Origin: Deltaproteobacteria bacterium
GTDB lineage: Bacteria > UBA10199 > GCA-002796325 > JACPFF01
DNA: 64,000 nt
Assembly: GCA_016210045.1 (NCBI GenBank)
Contig: JACQUX010000041.1
Span: forward strand, 72,789-136,788
Direction: 5' to 3'
A program made the position numbers and the translations under genes. Below, in pieces: positions 8,163-16,604 of this stretch; position 1 is the stretch's first letter; every line of letters starts with the position of its first letter. The notes under the pieces are model-generated. The model saw nothing but the letters and a program-made list of their open reading frames with translations, ran no database searches and was not told where the DNA came from.

Positions 8163-9377
8163 ATGCGTGCGCTGGAATATCGCCTCTCCATTCCCCGCTA
8201 TCTGATGAGCCGAGCATGTGCGCGGATTTGGCCGCATCGCTTTGTGCGCTTGGTGTCATCGCTACGATTGCGGGACGTCGCGGAACCGACGCTCCCTGGT
8301 CCGGAATGGGTGCGGATACGCGTAGAACGCTGTGGCATTTGCGGCAGCGATTTGAACGCGCTGCGGGGCGAGGAATCGTATTCGATGGAGCCGTACGCAA
8401 GCTTTCCCGCGGTAATGGGCCACGAAATCATCGGTCGCGTGGTCGAGTGTGGATCAAGCGTGCGCGACGTCGCGGAGCAGACGCGCGTCGCCGTCGAAAA
8501 CGTGTTGCCGTGCGCTGCGCGCGGGATCACGCCGCCGTGTCCGGCCTGTGCGGCGGGCGATTATGCGGTGTGCGAAAATTTCACGCAGGGAAATTTACCG
8601 CCGGGTGTGATTACCGGATTCACGCGCGGGCTCGGTGGCGGATGGGGAGAAACGGTCGTTGCCCATCGCTCGCAACTCTTTCCCGTCCCAGAATCGATCC
8701 CGCTGGATCAGGCCGTGTTGATCGATTCAATCGCGTCGGCGCTGCAACCTGTAGCGGATCATTTTCCCGCCGCACACGAAACCGTTTTAGTAATCGGCGC
8801 CGGGATCATTGGGCTGCATGTTGTGCAATGTCTGCGGTTCGCCGGATTTACCGGATCGCTGCTTGTTGTGGCGCGGCATGATTTCCAGGCCGCGTGGGCG
8901 GAGCGGCTCGGCGCGACGCATGTCTTGCGGCGCGATCTCATCCCAGCAATTGCGAACCTCACTGGGGCGCGACTCTATCGGCCAACCCTCGGACTGCCCG
9001 TATTGGATGGCGGCGTAGACCGCGTCTTCGATTGCGTCGGCGCGTCGGGGACAATCGACATGGCGCTCCGCGTGCTCCGCAAACGGGGAAGCTTGATCGT
9101 CGTCGGCACCGCAAGTCAGTTGAACCGCGTCGATGCCTCGCCGCTGTGGTTTAAAGAAATTCGGATGACCGGGAGCGCGATGTTTGCGCATAGCACGGTG
9201 CGCGGACTCCGCCAACGCACGTATCAGCACGTCATCGACGGACTCGCGCAAGGCACGTTGCGCGGCAATGGCCTCGTCACGCACCAATTCCCGCTCCGCG
9301 CATATGCGCACGCGCTGACGGTGGCGCTCGATAAAAGGCGTTTTCAGAGTCTGAAGGTCGCTTTTACGCCGGATTGA
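8163..9377 (+). CDS. zinc-dependent medium-chain dehydrogenase/reductase (alcohol/threonine-dehydrogenase-like)
   Basis: Catalytic Zn motif CGICGSD…GHEIIG. Structural Zn cysteines CPACAAGDYAVCEN. Rossmann motif VIGAGIIG. The start is placed at MRALEYRL. The listed ORF's upstream extension from 7857 is rejected. Confidence 0.75.
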   Translation: MRALEYRLSIPRYLMSRACARIWPHRFVRLVSSLRLRDVAEPTLPGPEWVRIRVERCGICGSDLNALRGEESYSMEPYASFPAVMGHEIIGRVVECGSSVRDVAEQTRVAVENVLPCAARGITPPCPACAAGDYAVCENFTQGNLPPGVITGFTRGLGGGWGETVVAHRSQLFPVPESIPLDQAVLIDSIASALQPVADHFPAAHETVLVIGAGIIGLHVVQCLRFAGFTGSLLVVARHDFQAAWAERLGATHVLRRDLIPAIANLTGARLYRPTLGLPVLDGGVDRVFDCVGASGTIDMALRVLRKRGSLIVVGTASQLNRVDASPLWFKEIRMTGSAMFAHSTVRGLRQRTYQHVIDGLAQGTLRGNGLVTHQFPLRAYAHALTVALDKRRFQSLKVAFTPD

Positions 9378-9408
9378 ATTTGTCGCACGGCACTGCTAGG
9401 GACACGAT

Positions 9409-9993
9409 ATGGATTTGTTCACCGAAGCACTCGAACAACTGACCACGCTGTTGGCGCAAGTGCGCCAAATCGGGTTGCACGAACCGACCGCGATGACGCT
9501 CGCCACGGCCGATCGGGACGGACGGCCCAGCGCGCGGACGGTCTTGCTCAAAGGCGTCGATGCCGACGGATTAGTCTTTTTCACCAACAGCGAGAGTCGC
9601 AAGGGCGAACAACTGTTGGCCAATCCATACGCAGCGATTTGTTTCCACTGGGATGCGCTCAAGCAGCAAGTGCATCTGGAAGGTCCCGTCGCGCCGGTCT
9701 CCACGGCCGAATCGGATGCGTATTGGGAAACGCGGCCACGCAAGAGTCAGATCGGGGCGTGGGCCTCGCAACAATCGCGCTCACTGGTACGACGCATCGA
9801 TTTAGTCACCCAGATCGTCAAACTGACGGCGAAGTTTCTCGGACGCCCCATCCCGCGCCCACCGTATTGGCAAGGATTCCGGCTCCAACCGGAGCGCATC
9901 GAATTTTGGCATGCGCGGCCGTTCCGTCTCCATGAGCGGATTTTGTATCAACGACATGGCGACACCTGGACCAAGGAATTGCTGTACCCATAA
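9409..9993 (+). CDS. pdxH: pyridoxamine 5'-phosphate oxidase
   Basis: …PSARTVLLKGVDADGLVFFTN.ESRKG.QL..NP.AAICFHW…IEFWHARPFRLHER matches the PNPOx family signature over its full length. Confidence 0.85.
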   Translation: MDLFTEALEQLTTLLAQVRQIGLHEPTAMTLATADRDGRPSARTVLLKGVDADGLVFFTNSESRKGEQLLANPYAAICFHWDALKQQVHLEGPVAPVSTAESDAYWETRPRKSQIGAWASQQSRSLVRRIDLVTQIVKLTAKFLGRPIPRPPYWQGFRLQPERIEFWHARPFRLHERILYQRHGDTWTKELLYP

Positions 9994-10001
9994 ACAACTG
10001 C

Positions 10002-10766
10002 ATGACGCCCGAGTTCACGACACAACTCTTCTGGCTTTGCCCCGTTGTCTTCGTGGCGGGATTCATCGACGCGATCGCCGGCGGGGGCGGGCTGCTCACC
10101 GTGCCGGCGTATTTGTTGGCCGGTCTGCCGCCGGTCTCGCTGCTGGGGACCAATAAGTTCGTTTCCACGCTCGGAACACTCATCTCGACGGGGAAATATA
10201 TGTGGAGCGGACGCATGCACTGGCCGGCGGCGCTGATCGGTCTGCCCGCGACATTAATCGGCGCAATGTACGGCGCCCACACCGTGACGCATCTCGATCC
10301 AGCCATCGTCCGCAGCGTCATCCTCGTGGCCTTACCAATCGCCGCGATCCTGACGTTGCTCCCCAAACCGCGCATGCTCAATACGCACGCGGCCGCGACC
10401 TGGACCACGCCGCGTCTGTGGTGGACCGTGATCCCTGTGGCAGTACTACTCGGATGGTACGACGGCTTCTTCGGCCCCGGCACCGGCACTATCCTCGTGC
10501 TGTTACTCTACAGCATCGTCCGCTTGCCGTTTTTGCAAGCGGCTGCGGTCGCGCGCTTCTTTAATTTAGTCTCCAATGCGGGGGCGCTCGTCACGTTCGT
10601 CTGGAACGATCAAGTCCTGTACCGCATCGGCCTACCGTTGGCCGCAGCCAGTATCGCCGGCCACTACTGCGGCAGCCATTTGGCGCTGCGGCGCGGCGAC
10701 GGCTTCGTGCGCGCGATGCTCGCGGTTTCGTGCAGTTTGGTCGTGGTGTATTTGCTGTGGCAATGA
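10002..10766 (+). CDS. TSUP-family (TauE/SafE) sulfite/anion exporter
   Basis: 8-TM protein with duplicated GGGG.LTVP / GPGTGT motifs typical of TauE/SafE. Confidence 0.8.
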   Translation: MTPEFTTQLFWLCPVVFVAGFIDAIAGGGGLLTVPAYLLAGLPPVSLLGTNKFVSTLGTLISTGKYMWSGRMHWPAALIGLPATLIGAMYGAHTVTHLDPAIVRSVILVALPIAAILTLLPKPRMLNTHAAATWTTPRLWWTVIPVAVLLGWYDGFFGPGTGTILVLLLYSIVRLPFLQAAAVARFFNLVSNAGALVTFVWNDQVLYRIGLPLAAASIAGHYCGSHLALRRGDGFVRAMLAVSCSLVVVYLLWQ

Positions 10767-10772
10767 AATGCT

Positions 10773-10792
10773 CCCCGCCCCAAGGGGCGGGG
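10773..10792. terminator. perfect GC hairpin (CCCCGCCCC-AA-GGGGCGGGG) 6 bp after the TSUP stop, between convergent genes
   Basis: 9-bp perfect stem read directly from the sequence. It lacks a T-tract, so it is more likely a bidirectional structural terminator or part of the adjacent repeat. Confidence 0.4.
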
Positions 10793-10799
10793 CTCCACG

Positions 10800-10905
10800 T
10801 CCCTCTCCCTTTGGGGAGAGGGTTGGGTGAGGGGGAGAATGGCATTGCGATGCTTCGCTTGCATCCTCCCCCTCACCCTAGCCCTCTCCCCAACAGGGAG
10901 AGGGG
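10800..10905. repeat. structured palindromic intergenic repeat, copy 1 (full length)
   Basis: Order of parts: CCCTCTCCC-TTT-GGGGAGAGGG hairpin, GTGAGGGGGAG, ~28-nt spacer, CTCCCCCTCAC, CCCTCTCCCC-AACA-GGGAGAGGGG hairpin. The same architecture recurs at 39187-39299, and partially at 24018-24069. Confidence 0.65.
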
Positions 10906-10923
10906 ACGCCGCAGCCCGTACTG

Positions 10924-11787
10924 TTACTCAATGCAGCAGGAATACTCTTCGCCGGCCACTTCGACAAAAACCGCTTCGTTCGCGGCGCAGATATGGAGAC
11001 ACGCGTGCAGTTCCGCGTCAACTTGATCGGTGGGCGCGAGCGACTTACTGCCGGTCGCTGACGGACTGAACGTCACGCCGACGGTGGCGATATTCCGCAT
11101 CTTGACGTCGGTCTGTTTGAAGCCGGGGAGACTCGCATACGTCTCGATGTGCCGCAGTTCGATCGTGCCGGCCCCGCTCAAGTTGGTCGTATCGAGATCG
11201 AACGATCCGCTATTGCCGATTCCGAAATGATAGATGTTGGTTGCGCCACCACTGACCGTGCCAGACTTGACGTACAGATCGACCGCCCCGCTGTTCGGCA
11301 TCTGGGCCGGGTCCCAGGTGATCGCCACGCTGCTGCCGGACACGGCCGCTCCGGCTAACGGCGCGGTGATCGGCGCGACACTGCTCGTCAACACGCTCAC
11401 GGTCGTGACCTGTTGCGCGGAATCAGTATACGTCAGGTAGTAACGCCCCTCCGCCTTCGTCTTCGTCACACTGGCACTGTAGAATTTATCGAGTTCCAGA
11501 AAGGCATCGTACGACAGCGACACACTGGCCGACACGCCACTCGCGCCTTCCGATGCCGCTTGCAATGACTCGCCTTGCGTGAGCTCGATCGCGACATCGC
11601 TCTCCGGCGTCTTGATCGCGGCGTCCACGCCGACGGTGTCGGAATCGAGATACTCATCGATAAACGCGGCTAATCGCACATCCGCGGCCTGCGTGGATTT
11701 CAGTTCATCGCTCTGCACCGCTTGACACGCAGCGAGTAGGACAACGCTCAGCACACTAATCCAACGACACGTGCTCAAGTTGTTCAT
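10924..11787 (-). CDS. hypothetical lipoprotein
   Basis: Start taken at MNNLSTCRWISVLSVVLLAAC, a signal peptide plus LAAC lipobox. The body is Ser/Thr/Gly-rich and beta-rich. The Cys-rich C-terminal tail is …HACLHICAAN…YSCCIE. Confidence 0.5.
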   Translation of the reverse strand: MNNLSTCRWISVLSVVLLAACQAVQSDELKSTQAADVRLAAFIDEYLDSDTVGVDAAIKTPESDVAIELTQGESLQAASEGASGVSASVSLSYDAFLELDKFYSASVTKTKAEGRYYLTYTDSAQQVTTVSVLTSSVAPITAPLAGAAVSGSSVAITWDPAQMPNSGAVDLYVKSGTVSGGATNIYHFGIGNSGSFDLDTTNLSGAGTIELRHIETYASLPGFKQTDVKMRNIATVGVTFSPSATGSKSLAPTDQVDAELHACLHICAANEAVFVEVAGEEYSCCIE

Positions 11788-11905
11788 ACACGTATCCTCC
11801 TTATAGTTACGTACTATATCGACCGTGGCTGGCAAGAAGTTGCGCGTTATCGCGACAGAAAGCGTATTCAATGGAATAGCTGCAATGAATCCGGCGGATT
11901 GGCGT

Positions 11906-13003
11906 TCACACTATTTCGGCGACCATCCGCCCAATCGCCGGCGCGGCAGTCAATCCGGGCGATTCAATCCCGATCAGATGAATATGCGGGCCGTCGCGAA
12001 AAATCTGAAAATCGCCGAGGGGTTTGCCGTCTTCGTAGACCTTGGGACGATTCCCCGCATAGGCCGGAACGAAATCGTCGGGATTGCCGACGGGGGCGTA
12101 GTGGGCCGCTTCGCGCACGAAATCCTCGCGCGGCGTCACCAGATCGTAGTTCGTCTTTTGCGCCCAATCGAGTTCAACTTGGGTCGGGCCGACAAATAAT
12201 TGGCCGCCGGTGTCACGATGCAAGTGAATCCCCATGCTGCTGACCAGCCGTTTGTCGCGTTCACCGCCGGCGAGGTAGCGCCGCGGCACGGGATACACCA
12301 CGGAGCGGATCTGGCCCGTCTTCCAAATGTAATATTCCCCTTTGAACGGTTTGATCCGAAACTTTCTCGTCCCGCCGCACATCGCATAGACATCGTCTGC
12401 CCACAGTCCGGCGGCATTCACGAGCAGCGAATATTCCATTTCGCCACGCGAGGTCGTGATCACTTGCTTCACCGGATCGATTGCGGTTACGGCACACGGA
12501 TACAACACATAGCAATTTTCCTGCGCCGCCAAGTAACGCTCCAACGCACGAATATATTCCGCCGCGTCCATCATCCCGGAGGTGCGGGAATAGACCGCGC
12601 CTGCGAAACGATGGCAACTCGGCTCGGCCTGCGCGACTTCGTCGGCGCTGGCTGCGCGCATCCCCTCAACACCGCACGTTGCGCCGATCTCGAGGACCTT
12701 CTCGAGTGCGGGCAATTCCTCCGGGGAAAAGGCGACCACCCATTTCCCCTCGGCGTGGTGTGTGACTCCCAGCTTGCGTAGCCATTCGTAAGAGAGGCGA
12801 TTCCCTTCTACGCACAACCGCGCCTTCAACGACCCCATCGGATACGCAAACCCGGCGTGGATCACTTGGCTATTGCGCCCTGACGTGTGGTCTCCCAAAA
12901 ACGGAGCCTGCTCACACACCATGATGTCGGGATGATTCGGCCGCGCCGCCAGCGCGATCGCGACATGCAGACCAACGACGCCCCCACCGACGACAAAGAT
13001 CAT
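11906..13003 (-). CDS. FAD-dependent oxidoreductase (LhgO / glycerol-3-P dehydrogenase-like family)
   Basis: N-terminal dinucleotide-binding motif IFVVGGGVVG. The fold is DAO-like through to a C-terminal G(I)ESPGLTAAPAIG motif. Confidence 0.7.
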   Translation of the reverse strand: MIFVVGGGVVGLHVAIALAARPNHPDIMVCEQAPFLGDHTSGRNSQVIHAGFAYPMGSLKARLCVEGNRLSYEWLRKLGVTHHAEGKWVVAFSPEELPALEKVLEIGATCGVEGMRAASADEVAQAEPSCHRFAGAVYSRTSGMMDAAEYIRALERYLAAQENCYVLYPCAVTAIDPVKQVITTSRGEMEYSLLVNAAGLWADDVYAMCGGTRKFRIKPFKGEYYIWKTGQIRSVVYPVPRRYLAGGERDKRLVSSMGIHLHRDTGGQLFVGPTQVELDWAQKTNYDLVTPREDFVREAAHYAPVGNPDDFVPAYAGNRPKVYEDGKPLGDFQIFRDGPHIHLIGIESPGLTAAPAIGRMVAEIV

Positions 13004-13054
13004 ACAGCCGTGATTTAGCAGGCCGTGCGATCGCTTGCTACAAGAAATTCCGCG

Positions 13055-13951
13055 CTAGGGTTCAACGGACGGCACGGGTTCCGGCTCCAGGCAGGCCGGT
13101 TCGGCGGCGCGCAAGCGATCCCAGACATCCACACACATCCCTGCGTTCCCGTCCATTTTCCCGGCCAACCGTTCGGTGCCGACCCGATCCACGCACTGTG
13201 GTGAACCAAAGTGGTCGTCATTTCCCTCGTCGCCGAAATAGTGTCCGAGTTCGTGCGCAATGGAAAACCTCATCATCCCCGCAATCGTGGATTGGGGATG
13301 CTTCTCATCCCCCGGGCAATGCGACGTCTGATCCGATTTCCGCCACACGCAGGTCAAACCATCTTGCCCGCGACAGGCCCCGTCACTCGACGTCTTTCGC
13401 AGCGGACTGTGCTCGCCATCAAAGCCCGTGATGTAACCACACCCCCCAAACGGATGGATCGCCTGGATCGCCGCGCCATACACGACCGGTCGATTCCCGT
13501 AATAGACGTCCGTGGAGACCCGTTGACAGAATGCCGGATCGCGCGTTCGCAGGAACTCCTGCTCCGCCGGCGTAGCGCCGAAGGCCCCTAGTCGATAGCC
13601 GCCAAAGGAACTGGTCATCTCATCCGTCACAAGCACCACCACATAATCCGGCGTGTCCGCGGCGGTCTTCGTCAAATAGGTGGTCATGATCTGCTGCGCG
13701 TCCGGATTTTTTTCCGGGGGATGTTGCGTGGAATATTGTCCGAACCGCCCGTAACAGAGTTCCGTCAGTCGGAACTGTTTGCCGGTGAGTTGTCGTAACT
13801 GACGACTCGCCTGACGCACCCCCTCCGCGATCGTCATCCCGGTCGGCAGGCTGGCGTCTTCATTCGCCACCACGGCAACACGAATCGTCTGCGGATCGAA
13901 GCCCTTCGACCGCACGGCCGGCCCCGGATAACAACGGAGTTCATCCCCCAT
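13055..13951 (-). CDS. putative zinc metallopeptidase (HEXXH zincin motif)
   Basis: Contains IAHELGHYFGD, i.e. HExxH followed by Gly. There is no obvious signal peptide and the family is not assigned. Confidence 0.45.
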   Translation of the reverse strand: MGDELRCYPGPAVRSKGFDPQTIRVAVVANEDASLPTGMTIAEGVRQASRQLRQLTGKQFRLTELCYGRFGQYSTQHPPEKNPDAQQIMTTYLTKTAADTPDYVVVLVTDEMTSSFGGYRLGAFGATPAEQEFLRTRDPAFCQRVSTDVYYGNRPVVYGAAIQAIHPFGGCGYITGFDGEHSPLRKTSSDGACRGQDGLTCVWRKSDQTSHCPGDEKHPQSTIAGMMRFSIAHELGHYFGDEGNDDHFGSPQCVDRVGTERLAGKMDGNAGMCVDVWDRLRAAEPACLEPEPVPSVEP

Positions 13952-14118
13952 ACAGTCTCAGTATCGGCGCTGGCGCAGGGGGAAGTTGCCCCGGCCGCGC
14001 GCCGCGCTGGTGTGTTCCAGTGTGTTCTCCAGAACACGGTTTCTCCTCGCAATGGCTTATCTTTCGCGCAACTTTCTGGCAGAGCGCACCGATAACTCAA
14101 ACAGCCACACCGGAGAAC

Positions 14119-14979
14119 ATGATGAAAGGCGCGCTCGACATCTTTTCGTATAACAACTACCGGAAACTCCTGGAAGATTTCTATCAGGAGCAAAAGGCGG
14201 CCGCGAAGTCCGTGGTCTCGCACCGCTACTTGGCTCGCCGTGCCGGTTTTGCGTCGTCCAACTTCATCTACCTCGTTATCAAGGGTCGTCGAAATTTGAG
14301 CTACGACAGCATCCAGCGGATAGCGCGCGTACTGGGCCTGACCAAGCGGGAACTCCTGTTCTTCGAAGGCCTCGTGCATTGCAACCAAACGACCGACCCG
14401 ACCGAAAAAGAACAGGCCTTCCGCAAGATGCTGGCCTTCCGCGAATATCGCGAGGCGCGCCAGATCTCGGCGGAGCAATATGACTACTTCGCGAAGTGGT
14501 ACTATCCGGTCATCCGCGAAATGGTGAACTTACGCGAATTCCGCGAAGAGCCGGCCTGGATTGCGAAGACGCTCACGCCCAGCATCGCGGTCGACGCGGC
14601 CCGTGAAGCGTTGGAAAAATTACAACAGCTCGGCCTATTAGTGCGCGCTGCCGACGGCCGATTGCGCCAGGCCGATCAGAATCTCACCACCACGACCGAC
14701 GGCGAGGCCGCGTCCGCAGCGTTGCTCAGCTTTCATCAGTCGATGATCGAACATGGCAAACGGAGTCTCGCCCAGCCGGCCGCGACGCGCGAAGTCTCCG
14801 CATTGACGCTTTCTCTCTCCGATCGTCAATTTCGCGAGATCAAGGCGCGCATTCAAACCTTGCATCGCGACGTGCAGGCCCTGATCGCCAATAGCGGTGA
14901 CGAACCGGTCGATCATATCTGCCAACTCAATTTCCAACTCTTTGGACTAACGCAATTAGAAAAAAGGAGACTGTCATGA
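14119..14979 (+). CDS. TIGR02147-family protein (function unknown; N-terminal HTH-like region)
   Basis: From MMKGALDIFSYNNYRKLLEDFYQEQK… through …YLARRAGFASSNFIYLVIKGRRNLS, this matches the conserved family recalled from Fibrobacter, Bdellovibrio and myxobacteria. The stop overlaps the next start (ATGA). Confidence 0.5.
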   Translation: MMKGALDIFSYNNYRKLLEDFYQEQKAAAKSVVSHRYLARRAGFASSNFIYLVIKGRRNLSYDSIQRIARVLGLTKRELLFFEGLVHCNQTTDPTEKEQAFRKMLAFREYREARQISAEQYDYFAKWYYPVIREMVNLREFREEPAWIAKTLTPSIAVDAAREALEKLQQLGLLVRAADGRLRQADQNLTTTTDGEAASAALLSFHQSMIEHGKRSLAQPAATREVSALTLSLSDRQFREIKARIQTLHRDVQALIANSGDEPVDHICQLNFQLFGLTQLEKRRLS

Positions 14980-16523
14980 AATCCAATCGCATCTATGCAT
15001 GGCTCACGATTATGCTGCTGGTCAGCATGAGTAGCGCCTGCTCCTCCACTGGCCCAAGTGCGGGCGAGTCAGGGAGCAACGGAACGAGTAGCGGCGAAAC
15101 TCCGCCAACGGGGACAAGTGGAGAGGCGACGGAAACTGCGACTGAGGAGAACACGACCACGCCGGCCGTTGGTGGCAGCACTTCGGCGGGCAATCCGATC
15201 ACGTTCGACATTGGTGGCGCCAAGGCATTAGTCATCACGGATGAAGCGGCGACTACCACTACGACGAATCTGAAAAAACTCGTGGGTGACGAACTGCTCG
15301 ACGTCGTCTCAGTGACAAACGCTACAGCAAGCACCACGAAATCGCTTCGCGCCAACACCAAGGCCACGGAAGACGGTCAGGACTTACCGAAGATTGCCCA
15401 CATCGCGACCGGCCCCAATGGCGAAATTGTCCTTGGGTTGAGCGGTGAAATAACGGTGAACGAACAGCCCTGCCGCATGATTCGTCTCTCTGGCGCCAAC
15501 GCGGAGACCGCCGATGTGCAATGCGTGGGCATTGCTGGTGAAGATGCGCGTCAACTGTGGGTGGCGAAAACCTGGGTCGGGGACAAATGGGAGCCCGTTC
15601 CTGCGATGCGTGACCGCGTCCAATTCGATGCGGCCGGGAATCTCTACTACATCGCAACCTATCAAGGAACCCAAGAGACGATCGACGGACAACCGTCAAC
15701 CACGGAGGCCATTACTAAGTGGCAACACAGCGACGGGACGTTCACGCAATACGTGCAAAGCGGTGCCGATGGAGACCGCTATCTCCTGAACTTTCAGGTC
15801 TTATCGGATGGTCTCGTTTTTTATTCCGCGATGCGCCCAACTAACTACGAGATCTTTCGGTATATCACCAACGGCCAGATTGTGACTGCGGAGATCGCCG
15901 GCACCAATTTCTTTGTCGATGAGAGCACGCAGCAACTCATTGCCAGCTCATTATGGCCGGCCGGTCTGTATGCACTTCCCTACACGGAGAGCGGTTTTGG
16001 CCCTCCGCAGATGATCGCCGGCAAGGGAAAGGGGATCGGGACACCGGGAGAGATCCTCCTCGATGGGAGTGAATTAGGTTACTTTGAACGCCTCACGGAC
16101 GGCACGATCATCGGGTTGCCGGTTGTGGCCATGTGCTGGACATTAGATGAGTCATGTTCAACATACAGCGTCCTTGCCAAGGTCTTCCCAGACGAACCTT
16201 CTCTTATCCAATCGCCATTGCAAGGGATCACTGCGTTTAAAGCCATCGACGACGATCTCTACCTTTCCGGCACTGCGACCGATGATGCCCATGACTTCAT
16301 CCGCATGTCGGTCGACGATCCGGCCAATGCGCTGCACTTCTTTCCCGACGAAGACATTCAACTGCTCCACTTCGTCAAGATCGATGACGTCATCTATTTC
16401 GCCGCGCGGCGCTTCCCGGGAAAGACGCACTTCTTCGGCAAGATCGACCTCAGTAAAGGGACCACATATCAAGAGCTGAGCGCGCTGCAGGCGGAGATTC
16501 TGGACCTGAAGACCCTCTTCTAA
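14976..16523 (+). CDS. hypothetical lipoprotein (515 aa), translationally coupled to TIGR02147 gene
   Basis: AAAAAGGAGA Shine-Dalgarno 6 nt upstream of the ATG. Signal peptide plus lipobox (LVSMSSAC). Long Ser/Thr/Gly/Glu-rich linker, followed by a beta-rich domain. Confidence 0.6.
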   Translation: MKSNRIYAWLTIMLLVSMSSACSSTGPSAGESGSNGTSSGETPPTGTSGEATETATEENTTTPAVGGSTSAGNPITFDIGGAKALVITDEAATTTTTNLKKLVGDELLDVVSVTNATASTTKSLRANTKATEDGQDLPKIAHIATGPNGEIVLGLSGEITVNEQPCRMIRLSGANAETADVQCVGIAGEDARQLWVAKTWVGDKWEPVPAMRDRVQFDAAGNLYYIATYQGTQETIDGQPSTTEAITKWQHSDGTFTQYVQSGADGDRYLLNFQVLSDGLVFYSAMRPTNYEIFRYITNGQIVTAEIAGTNFFVDESTQQLIASSLWPAGLYALPYTESGFGPPQMIAGKGKGIGTPGEILLDGSELGYFERLTDGTIIGLPVVAMCWTLDESCSTYSVLAKVFPDEPSLIQSPLQGITAFKAIDDDLYLSGTATDDAHDFIRMSVDDPANALHFFPDEDIQLLHFVKIDDVIYFAARRFPGKTHFFGKIDLSKGTTYQELSALQAEILDLKTLF

Positions 16524-16539
16524 AGCGCTGGAACCAAGC

Positions 16540-16571
16540 AACCGCCCCAGTGAATATCTCCTGGGGCGGTT
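16540..16571 (+). terminator. rho-independent terminator candidate after lipoprotein gene
   Basis: AACCGCCCCAG-(10 nt)-CTGGGGCGGTT stem-loop, followed by TACTTTCC. Confidence 0.45.
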
Positions 16572-16604
16572 TACTTTCCTGCAGCACTCGGCCATAGTGC
16601 CGCA

